43,024 nucleotides of DNA from contig CAZKED010000004.1 in assembly GCA_964551725.1 (NCBI GenBank), forward strand, positions 37,326-80,349, in the 5' to 3' direction. This stretch comes from an uncultured archaeon. GTDB lineage: Archaea > Iainarchaeota > Iainarchaeia > Iainarchaeales > DTGL01. The translations under genes and the position numbers were made by a program. Positions 36,035-43,024 of this stretch are shown piece by piece. Numbering within the stretch: position 1 is the stretch's first letter; each line of letters begins with the position of its first letter. Below the pieces are notes generated by a model, which saw only the letters and a program-made list of their open reading frames with translations, was not told where the DNA came from and made no database searches.

Positions 36035-36532
36035 TTATTTCTCTTCTACTCCAAAAATTCCCGCTCTCTTGAATATGTCAAAGCGCGTTTTCTCCTCCCC
36101 TTTTTTGCCCTCCATTGCCTGCTTTGCGTAGTTCTCCGAATACTTTGCGGGAATCAGGCGCGGCACTTTTTTTGAATCCAGGGGCTCTTTCACCAGAATT
36201 TTTTCCTGGAATGCCGTAATGAGGTCAAGCTGCTGCTCGGTTAGTGCGACAACGTCCATTATTCCTTTTCTCGCCAGAAGGCAGTTTAATGCCCTGGAAA
36301 GAGCGTCATCGCCGAGCATTTCCATGTCGCGGTTTACGTAATCGTAAAAAGAGCCGATTATTGCGCCTTGCTTGAAAAGGAGAACGCCTTCCTCTATTCC
36401 CTTATAGCCCTCAATTGTTACAATCGCATATCCTGTGAAGCGGGCTTCCATGAGGGAAAGCAATTTCGATTCGGCTTTCAATTCGCTTGTTTTCAGTCCT
36501 TCCTCGAGTTTCTGTCCAGCGGGCAAGTCCAT
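36035..36532 (-). CDS. DUF2226-like protein
   Basis: FTGY...T......EEG.LLFK.G.IIG...Y pattern and C-terminal R.DIFKRAGI. Confidence 0.6.
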   Translation of the reverse strand: MDLPAGQKLEEGLKTSELKAESKLLSLMEARFTGYAIVTIEGYKGIEEGVLLFKQGAIIGSFYDYVNRDMEMLGDDALSRALNCLLARKGIMDVVALTEQQLDLITAFQEKILVKEPLDSKKVPRLIPAKYSENYAKQAMEGKKGEEKTRFDIFKRAGIFGVEEK

Positions 36533-36684
36533 TCAAACCAACCTGGCTCTGCGCTTTTGCAGTCCAAACTCCTAATATTAACTCACAAGTTATTTAAAAC
36601 CATTTATTTTATATTACTTTAAAGCGCAAAGCGCAAAAAGCGCTTTTTTTTCCGTGCATTTTTTTTGCATGTTTTTTTCCCGAG

Positions 36685-37089
36685 GTGGGTTCAATGGAAA
36701 AAACTTTCAAAAAGGTTTCGCAGTTAAAGGACGGAAGCTACCTTTTAATCGACGGGGTTCCCTGCAGGGTTAAGGGAATGGAGGTAAGCAAGGCAGGAAG
36801 ACACGGTTCGACAAAAGCGCGCATTTCCGCGTTCGGCTTGTTCGACGGGCAGAAGCGCCAGCTGTTAAAGCCCACTTCCGCGGAAATAGAAGTTCCGATA
36901 ATCCAGCGCGGGAATGCCCAGGTTGTTGCAGTAATGGGCGACGTTGTGCAAATAATGGACTTGAAGAGCTATGAGTGCTTCAATGTGCAGAAGCCCAAGG
37001 AAATGGGCGGATTGAAGAGCGGCGTTGAACTCGAGTACATCCGCTTTGGAGAACAGGCAAGAGTGCTGAGAAAAAAGCAGTCCGAGTGA
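36685..37089 (+). CDS. eif5a: Translation factor aIF5A, with Arg at the hypusine site; start may be ATG 36694
   Basis: LKDGSYLLIDGVPCRV, SKAGRHGSTKARI..FGLFDGQKR, VPII.R..AQV, VQIMDLKSYE. Confidence 0.93.
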   Translation: MGSMEKTFKKVSQLKDGSYLLIDGVPCRVKGMEVSKAGRHGSTKARISAFGLFDGQKRQLLKPTSAEIEVPIIQRGNAQVVAVMGDVVQIMDLKSYECFNVQKPKEMGGLKSGVELEYIRFGEQARVLRKKQSE

Positions 37090-37102
37090 ATTCCGCAGTG
37101 GA

Positions 37103-37405
37103 TTGGCGGTTTCAATGAATCTTTCCTTTAAGGATTTTTCCCCGCGTGCCTGTAAGGGCAGTGCGGCAACCGAATTCGTTCCAGTGAAACCAGTGCGCCT
37201 GGACCTCGCAAGCGCTGCAGAGGCATTGCGTTGCAGCAATTCCCTCTCTCTGCATTCCGAAACCCCGAGACTGCTTCTCTTAAAGCACGCGCACTGTTCA
37301 CTAAGCCTGTTTTCCACAGGCAGGGTTTTGGTTAAGGGTGCCAGGACAGAAAAGGAAGCGAAAAGCGCCCTCAAAGCGCTTTTGAAGCGCATTGCAAAGG
37401 TTTAA
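37103..37405 (+). CDS. Small hypothetical protein (alpha/beta; C-terminus resembles TBP-like/ThiF C-terminal modules)
   Basis: SLSLFSTGRVLVKGARTEKEAK motif; follows aIF5A directly. Confidence 0.6.
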   Translation: MAVSMNLSFKDFSPRACKGSAATEFVPVKPVRLDLASAAEALRCSNSLSLHSETPRLLLLKHAHCSLSLFSTGRVLVKGARTEKEAKSALKALLKRIAKV

Positions 37406-37821
37406 ATTTTCCGCCTTCCTTTCTTATTAAAACATTGGGGGAGGTGGAGGAATGCCTATGAAAACAATTAAGAGCGTTGACCCTATTCAGTACGGAAAGG
37501 TAATGGCTGTCATAATGGCAATAGTTCTCTTCGTTGAGGGAATATTTTTCACAATTGTATTCACTGTTTTCGGGGCGATGGGCGGCATTGGCTCTGGAAC
37601 AGCGTTTTTCGCCGGAATGGGTTTTGTTGGCGGAATTTTGTTCACAGCGGCTCTGGTAATCGGCGGTCTCGTCGGCGGCTTTGTAATGGGCGTGATTGGC
37701 GCGCTTATTTACAATTTTATTGCCTCCAAAATAGGCGGAATAAAAATAGAACTCGATTGAGTTCTTTTTTCCATTTTCAATCCTTTTGCAGTGCCTTCAA
37801 GCGCATTGCAAAGGTTTAAAT
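37385..37821 (+). repeat. 23-bp direct repeat containing a BRE/TATA-like promoter (37385-37407 and 37799-37821)
   Basis: aagcgcattgcaaaggtttaaat occurs twice, flanking the 37452-37760 gene. A third core, aaggtttaaat, occurs at about 38328-38338. Confidence 0.85.
37452..37760 (+). CDS. Small membrane protein (DUF3566-like)
   Basis: IKSVDP...GK, two Gly-rich TM helices, YNFIASKIGGIKIEL; GGAGG RBS. Confidence 0.8.
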   Translation: MPMKTIKSVDPIQYGKVMAVIMAIVLFVEGIFFTIVFTVFGAMGGIGSGTAFFAGMGFVGGILFTAALVIGGLVGGFVMGVIGALIYNFIASKIGGIKIELD

Positions 37822-37873
37822 ATTTGCACTGCCTATTAATTACGATTTTTTTAATTCAAAGGGGGTAAGAGAA

Positions 37874-38275
37874 ATGGCAGACAAACCGCTAGGAGTAACT
37901 CTGACAACAGTTTTGCTTGTGATAATGGGATTGCTCGGTCTAGTAGGCGGAATACTGATAATTACTTTCGGTGCAGCGTTCGGCGGAATGGTGGGACTGG
38001 CTGGAGTGACAGGAGCAGAAGGAGCAGAGGCCGCAGGAATGTTTGGAGCCATTATGGCTGCCGCGGGAGTAATAGCCATCATAATGGGGCTCATTGAAAT
38101 CGTTGTAGGGATATTCGTGTGGAAGGGCGCCGGATGGGCTCGCTGGGTTGCGGTAATACTCGCAATTCTGTCGCTTTTGAGCTTCCCGATAGGCACAATA
38201 ATAGGCATCGTGATTCTGTACTTCCTGTTGTTTAACAAGGATACAAAAGCCTACTTTGCCAAAGCAGGCGCCTGA
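37874..38275 (+). CDS. Small multi-pass membrane protein
   Basis: KPLGVT, hydrophobic helices, G.GWARW, SFPIGTIIGIVILYFL...K.YF. Confidence 0.85.
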   Translation: MADKPLGVTLTTVLLVIMGLLGLVGGILIITFGAAFGGMVGLAGVTGAEGAEAAGMFGAIMAAAGVIAIIMGLIEIVVGIFVWKGAGWARWVAVILAILSLLSFPIGTIIGIVILYFLLFNKDTKAYFAKAGA

Positions 38276-38291
38276 AGGAAACAAGCAAATC

Positions 38292-38321
38292 AGGGGGCAA
38301 AACCCCCCTTTTCCCTTTTTT
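38292..38321 (+). terminator. GC hairpin plus T-tract terminator
   Basis: aggggg-caaaac-ccccct followed by tttccctttttt. Confidence 0.55.
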
Positions 38322-38390
38322 CAGGGGAAGGTTTAAATACTCTGATTCTGTTTATTTATTGCCTTAAAGGATTAAACGGAGGCGTTTTGG

Positions 38391-39077
38391 ATGAAATGCA
38401 TTGAAGCGATAAAAAAGCCCTTTTCCAATACAAAAACCCTTTCCATCGGCACAATCATTGGCGCGATTCCCGTTGTGCAGTTTCTTCTGGTTGGATACGT
38501 GCTCAAAACATTCGGGGAAACGATGAAGGGAAAAAGCATGCCTGCTGAATGGAAAAACTTCCCCGAACTAATAATAAAATCAATTCTCGGAATAATAATA
38601 TTTTTCCTTTACTCCATTCCCGCAACGCTCATAATGCTCCTAGCGGTAACTCCTGTCCTGTCCCTGAAGTCAATTGCAGGCGCGGCGGATTTCGCTGAAT
38701 CTCTTGCGGCACTGCTCGGCTCGGGCAGCATAGCATTATACTTGGGAATGCTCGTCGCGCTGGTTACAGCGCTCATGGTTCCTATGGCTCTCGCGGCATT
38801 CGCAAAAAGCGGAAAATTTTCAGAAGCATTCGCGCTCGGAAAAATTTTCAAAAAGAGCACTTCCCTGCCCGGTATCACGGCATTCGTTTACTGCATTGTG
38901 TGGTTTTTTGTGTACACTGCGGTGATTGCACTGATTGCCTATTCAGTTATTGAATTCCTGTGGGCAGTGCCCCTGCTCGCGCTTGTAATATCCGCACTCT
39001 TCGGGGGATTCTGGAATTTCACACTGCTGACAACAATGGCAACATGGTACGGGGAAGCATTCAAAAAAGCAAAGTGA
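38391..39077 (+). CDS. DUF4013-like membrane protein
   Basis: EAIKKPFSN, IPVVQFLLVGY, P.W......KS..G; multiple TM helices. Confidence 0.75.
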   Translation: MKCIEAIKKPFSNTKTLSIGTIIGAIPVVQFLLVGYVLKTFGETMKGKSMPAEWKNFPELIIKSILGIIIFFLYSIPATLIMLLAVTPVLSLKSIAGAADFAESLAALLGSGSIALYLGMLVALVTALMVPMALAAFAKSGKFSEAFALGKIFKKSTSLPGITAFVYCIVWFFVYTAVIALIAYSVIEFLWAVPLLALVISALFGGFWNFTLLTTMATWYGEAFKKAK

Positions 39078-39174
39078 GTTGCTTCCTTTCCCTTTTTATT
39101 TTTCTCTTTGCAGGCAATCCTTATTGGTTTTTATTTTCTTTCAAGCATTCTTTCCCTAAAAACCCTTTCGAAAG

Positions 39175-40290
39175 GTGTTAGTGTTGCCTTCGCTTAAATT
39201 CGGAAAACTCTTCGGCATTGGACTGGAACTGCACTGGAGTTTTTTGCTTGTCGCTGCATTGGTGGTTTTTTCCCTGGCATTATTCCAGCCCGGGAACCTG
39301 CTTCCCGTCATCATGTTCTTTTCACTGCTTTTCATGAGCGTTTTTTTGCACGAACTCACGCACAGCGTTGTCTCACTGCAGCGCGGCATCCGCGTGAAAA
39401 AAATAATGCTTTTGCCCATAGGCGGCGTTGCCCTCACGGAGGAAATGCCCGAAAAACCCAAGGACGAATTCCTCATAGCGGTTTCAGGTCCGCTCTTCAA
39501 TTTTTCTGTTGCGGCACTGCTTTTCCTTTTCGTATCGGCATTCCCCTTGCCTTTCCCGAGCGCTTCAGCCGCGGAATTAATTGAAAGCTTTTTTTCGGGC
39601 TCCCTGCTTTTTGAGGAATCCCTGCTCTCATATCCTTTGTTCGCATTGCTCTGGATAAACATAGTGCTCGGCGCTTTCAACCTGCTGCTGCCGGCACTGC
39701 CGCTTGACGGCGGGCGCGTGTTTCGTTCCCTGCTCAGCGTAAAATTCGGCTATGTCAGGGCAACCTCGATTATAGCGAGAACGAGCACTTTTGTCGCAAT
39801 ACTGCTCTTTCTTTCGGTTTTCACGCTCGGAATTCTCGCACCCATTGTGGGAATAATAATCCTCTTCGGCTCCAGGGAAGAGGAACGCATTGTTAAAATG
39901 AAGCACTTTTTCAGGAACGCGCGGATTTCCGAAATCCTTGACAGGAAGCCGGTTTTGATTGAAGCGCGCCTCCCCCTCAGGGACGCAGTTGAGGAAATGC
40001 TCCGCGCGAAAAAGACCGCGTTGCTCGTTGAACTGGAAAAGGGCTACGGAGTCCTTTCCGCCAGGCAGATAATTGAAGCAGGGAAAAACTTGGACAGCCC
40101 AGCGGGAGAAACCGCGGCAAAGGTGAAGCCCGTTTCCTTGGAAGCAAAGGCAAGCGTCCTGGTTGAAAGAGTGCTGTCCCAGCGAGCCGAGCTTATCCCT
40201 GTAATGCACAAAGGCGAGCTCGCCGGGGCAATTTCCCTCCCAGAGCTGGAATCGTTCTTCCAGCTGAAAAGACTGGAAAGAATGCTCTGA
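39175..40290 (+). CDS. Site-2 protease (peptidase M50) with C-terminal CBS pair
   Basis: LHWSF, HELTH, LLPIGGVA, IAVSGPL.N, FNLLLPALPLDGGRV; degenerate CBS domains at the C-terminus. Confidence 0.9.
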   Translation: MLVLPSLKFGKLFGIGLELHWSFLLVAALVVFSLALFQPGNLLPVIMFFSLLFMSVFLHELTHSVVSLQRGIRVKKIMLLPIGGVALTEEMPEKPKDEFLIAVSGPLFNFSVAALLFLFVSAFPLPFPSASAAELIESFFSGSLLFEESLLSYPLFALLWINIVLGAFNLLLPALPLDGGRVFRSLLSVKFGYVRATSIIARTSTFVAILLFLSVFTLGILAPIVGIIILFGSREEERIVKMKHFFRNARISEILDRKPVLIEARLPLRDAVEEMLRAKKTALLVELEKGYGVLSARQIIEAGKNLDSPAGETAAKVKPVSLEAKASVLVERVLSQRAELIPVMHKGELAGAISLPELESFFQLKRLERML

Positions 40291-40338
40291 GGGGAGCATT
40301 TTTTAAATTCCAAGCGCACTAATTATTGCAGTGAAAAT

Positions 40339-40562
40339 GCCGAGGTGGGAGAGCGGCTTAATCCGCCAGCCTCGAGCCCTGCCCTTTCTTTTCTTTATTA
40401 AAGAAAAGAAAGCGTAAGTTGCGGAAAGAAAAGAAAATAGTTTCAGGGAAAAAAGGCAAGTTGCCCGAAGAAAAAATAGTTTCAAGAAAAATTTTCGCTT
40501 AGGGCGCGGCGGGAGAGCTGGTGTGCCTCTGGCACGCGGGGGTTCGAATCCCTCCCTCGGCG
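40339..40562 (+). tRNA. tRNA-Ser(CGA) with a 139-nt intron at 37/38 (40377-40515)
   Basis: Acceptor GCCGAGG/CCTCGGC+G; anticodon stem CCAGC/GCTGG, loop CT-CGA-G|A; long variable arm GTGCC-TCT-GGCAC; T-loop TTCGAAT. BHB: CTCG pairs with CGGG (40510-40513); intron closed by GCCCT/AGGGC. Confidence 0.92.
40381..40490 (+). repeat. tRNA-associated element copy inside the tRNA-Ser intron
   Basis: Hairpin ctttcttttcttt-att-aaagaaaagaaag, then units GCGTAAGTTGCGGAAAGAAAAGAAAATAGTTTCAGG and GGCAAGTTGCCCGAAGAAAAAATAGTTTCAAG. Confidence 0.85.
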
Positions 40563-40565
40563 TCG

Positions 40566-40660
40566 GCCTTTTTCTTTTAAAAAAAGAAAAAGGTACGTTG
40601 CCAAAAAGAAAAATAGTTTCAGGAAAAAGAAAGCGTAAGTTGCGTAAAGAAAAACAGATT
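40566..40660 (+). repeat. tRNA-associated element copy immediately 3' of tRNA-Ser
   Basis: Hairpin gcctttttctttt-aaa-aaaagaaaaaggt, then GTACGTTGCCAAAAAGAAAAATAGTTTCAGG and GAAAGCGTAAGTTGCGTAAAGAAAAA. Confidence 0.85.
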
Positions 40661-40679
40661 GGGGGACGGGGTAAAAGTT

Positions 40680-41597
40680 TTACATCGCCCTCAGCCTTTT
40701 CACCCTTTCCTCTAAGGGGGGATGCGTGCTGAAAAGGTTATTCAACCGGCTTTTTCGCCCGGTCAAAGGATTTATTATGTATAAGTGGGCGGTTGCTTTG
40801 TTAGCCGCTTCCAATGGTTCCTTGTCCGCTGCAAGCTTCTCCAGCGCGGAAGCCAGCCCTTCGGGATAGCGCGTCAGCAGCGCGCCGCTTGCATCCGCGA
40901 GGTATTCGCGCCTGCGCGACAAAGCCATTTTCATTAACACCCCTGCAATGGGCGCAAGGACTGCGAGAAGCAGCGCAATTCCTATTATTACCATGCTTCC
41001 CCCGCCTCTGTTCCTGCTCCTTCCACCCCATATAAAGGAGCGCAGCATGAAATCGCTCATTAATGCAACAATTCCGACCATTACGGTGACGAGCATCATG
41101 AAGCGTATGTCGTAATTCTTTATGTGCGACATTTCATGCGCAATCACTCCTTCAAGCTCGGCGCGGTTCATTTTCTTCAGCAAGCCAGTGGTTACGCATA
41201 TTACCGCGTGCTCTGGGTCCCTGCCTGTGGCAAATGCGTTCGGCGCAGTGTCGTCAATCACGTAGCATTTCGGCTTCGAAATTCCTGCGGCTATTGCAAG
41301 CCCGTCCACCGTGTGGTATAAGTGCGGGAATTCCTCCCTTGAAGCGGGTCTCGCCCTGCTTATCGCGAGCACGATTTTGTCGGAATTGTAGTACGCTGCA
41401 ATGGAAAGGATGATTGCCAGCACGATTGCAATTGCAATGCCGAGATGACCGAGAGCGAATGCCTCGCCGAAAATCCAGCCGAGGAAAACAATGAATGAAA
41501 TAAACAAAAAGAAGAGGAGATAGGATGCTCTCTTGTTTCCCGCTATCTCTTCATAAATCATGGGCTTCACTTCCGTGCCTGCAGTTATGGGGTTCAC
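40680..41597 (-). CDS. htpX: HtpX-like zinc metalloprotease (M48); start may be ATG 41561
   Basis: [48 protein letters not shown]. Confidence 0.93.
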   Translation of the reverse strand: MNPITAGTEVKPMIYEEIAGNKRASYLLFFLFISFIVFLGWIFGEAFALGHLGIAIAIVLAIILSIAAYYNSDKIVLAISRARPASREEFPHLYHTVDGLAIAAGISKPKCYVIDDTAPNAFATGRDPEHAVICVTTGLLKKMNRAELEGVIAHEMSHIKNYDIRFMMLVTVMVGIVALMSDFMLRSFIWGGRSRNRGGGSMVIIGIALLLAVLAPIAGVLMKMALSRRREYLADASGALLTRYPEGLASALEKLAADKEPLEAANKATAHLYIINPLTGRKSRLNNLFSTHPPLEERVKRLRAM

Positions 41598-42175
41598 TCA
41601 AAGCTGACTTTTGGAACGCTTCTTTCAACTTCCTCTATTTCAAAGTATTCCTTCTCCTTTTTGAAGCCGAATAGCCCTGCCACAATGTTCGTAGGAAAGC
41701 TCTGCAGTGCAACATCGTAATTCATCACCGAATCGTTGTAGAACTGCCTTGCATAGGCGATCTTCGCTTCTATCCCCGCGAGTTCTTCCTGCAGCATCAT
41801 GAAGTTCTTGCTTGCCTTTAGGTCAGGGTAGTTTTCCGCCACAGCAAACAATGACTTTAGTGCTCCTGTCAGCATGTTGGTTGCCTTTGTTTTTTCCGCC
41901 ACAGTTCCCGCTTTGAGGAATTCCGTCCTTGCCCTGGTGACCTGCTGGAACACGCTCTTTTCGTGCTTTGCGTATCCCTTCACCGTTTCAATTAAATTGG
42001 GCACCAGGTCAGCACGCTTCTTCAACTGCACGTCTATCTGGTGCCATGCGTTTTTGACACGGTTCTTTTTTGCAACGAGCACGTTGTAAAGCCCGAAGAA
42101 AATAAGCACCACCACTACTATTATTACAAGCAAAACTATTCCCGCAATAAGCACTGGGTCAAACAATGAAACCAC
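41594..42175 (-). CDS. lemA: LemA family protein
   Basis: TM + YN.LV...N....[49 protein letters not shown]. Confidence 0.95.
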   Translation of the reverse strand: MVSLFDPVLIAGIVLLVIIVVVVLIFFGLYNVLVAKKNRVKNAWHQIDVQLKKRADLVPNLIETVKGYAKHEKSVFQQVTRARTEFLKAGTVAEKTKATNMLTGALKSLFAVAENYPDLKASKNFMMLQEELAGIEAKIAYARQFYNDSVMNYDVALQSFPTNIVAGLFGFKKEKEYFEIEEVERSVPKVSFE

Positions 42176-42206
42176 CTCATAATTCCTTTAGATTTAATGC
42201 TCAAAC

Positions 42207-43024
42207 CTATTTAATCTTTTCGAATAGCACTTTTCCCATGCGGGTTTTCTCCCCGCCCCCGAATTTTCCGAATTCGCATTCCGCAATGCTGCCTTTCCCA
42301 GCCCCGATCTGCTCGAGGATTTTTCCCCCCGTCTCGGGCATGAAAGGAGAGAGAAGCAGCCCGAGCACTCTGAGGGATTCCGCCAAACTGTAAAGGGTGT
42401 CGTCAAGCTTTTTTCCGCCCGATTCCCAGGGCTTTTTCTCGTTAATGAACTGGTTGCATGCCTTTGCAAAGGACATTATTTCAGCGAGCGCCAGGTGGAG
42501 TTCGAATGCCTGCATATGCTTTTTTATTTTCTCCAGCTTGAGTTTTTTTGCAAGCGCTGGGTCCATTTCTCCCGCGGGAATGCTTCCATCGCTGTATTGT
42601 TCAATCATGGATACAGTCCTGTTCAGAAGGTTGCCCAAATCGTTTGCAAGCTCGTTGTTCAGTCTGGTCGCCAATGCTTTCTCGCTAAAGTCTCCATCTT
42701 CGCCGAAGGGGATTTCTCTAACGATAAAATATCTTATGGTGTCGAGACCATATTTTTCCTTTAAGTAAATAGGGTTTATTGCGTTTCCAAGAGATTTGCT
42801 CATCTTCTGCCCATTGATTGTTAAAAAGCCGTGCACAAAAAATGTTTTAGGCAGCTCGTATCCAGCACTCATCAGCATTGCGGGCCAAATAACACAGTGA
42901 AATCTTAATATGTCCTTGGCCAAGAGGTGCAGTTCTGCTGGCCAGTTTCCTTCCGCTCCGGACACATAGTTAATTAACGCATCGAACCAAACCCAAATTT
43001 TTTGCTTTTCATCTATGGGCAGTG
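42207..43024 (-). CDS. metG: Methionyl-tRNA synthetase, 3' part (5' end beyond the window)
   Basis: The frame is open to the window end: ...IWVWFDALINY...WPA..H..AKDILRFH..IWPAML, HGFLT..GQKMSKSLGN, N.ELANDLGNLLNR, LSPFMPE. Confidence 0.95.
   Translation of the reverse strand, partial: LPIDEKQKIWVWFDALINYVSGAEGNWPAELHLLAKDILRFHCVIWPAMLMSAGYELPKTFFVHGFLTINGQKMSKSLGNAINPIYLKEKYGLDTIRYFIVREIPFGEDGDFSEKALATRLNNELANDLGNLLNRTVSMIEQYSDGSIPAGEMDPALAKKLKLEKIKKHMQAFELHLALAEIMSFAKACNQFINEKKPWESGGKKLDDTLYSLAESLRVLGLLLSPFMPETGGKILEQIGAGKGSIAECEFGKFGGGEKTRMGKVLFEKIK

Noticed and set aside
36595-36680. agcgcaa repeats and T-runs upstream of aIF5A as a structured RNA
   Set aside because: Short and low complexity; explainable as divergent promoter/UTR sequence, with no convincing extended pairing.
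40381-40660. Repeats near tRNA-Ser and tRNA-Arg as a CRISPR array
   Set aside because: The units are degenerate and abut each other without unique spacers of regular length. There are only two per copy and no cas genes in the window.

Overview
Gene-dense archaeal chromosomal window in the standard genetic code, with GGTG/GGAGG ribosome-binding sites and TTTAAA-type TATA boxes. The compact, mostly informational gene set suggests a small-genome DPANN-type archaeon (inference). Repair and replication genes: nurA-herA followed by a degenerate PolB-like ORF, and rad50. Translation and RNA-modification genes: rpoK, rps17e, EF-1beta, rpl15e, aIF5A, pelota, ABCE1, CCA-adding enzyme, LigT/ThpR, Taw3, Elp3, TtuA/Ncs6-like, Lsm and a partial metG. 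Also present are dispersed type IV pilus components, mtnA plus a class II aldolase, apgM, minD, membrane proteases, a small AT-richer island with a nucleotidyltransferase/small-protein pair, and four tRNAs (Arg-TCG, Ala-GGC and Ser-CGA with 37/38 introns; Val-GAC without). Most notable observations: (1) a purine-rich hairpin-plus-tandem-repeat element found both inside the introns of tRNA-Arg and tRNA-Ser and immediately 3' of the same two tRNAs; (2) aIF5A with Arg in place of the hypusine Lys; (3) a catalytically dead, exonuclease-deleted PolB remnant downstream of nurA-herA; (4) a wHTH / CARF-like / membrane-anchored nuclease trio. All calls come from manual motif recognition; no searches were run.
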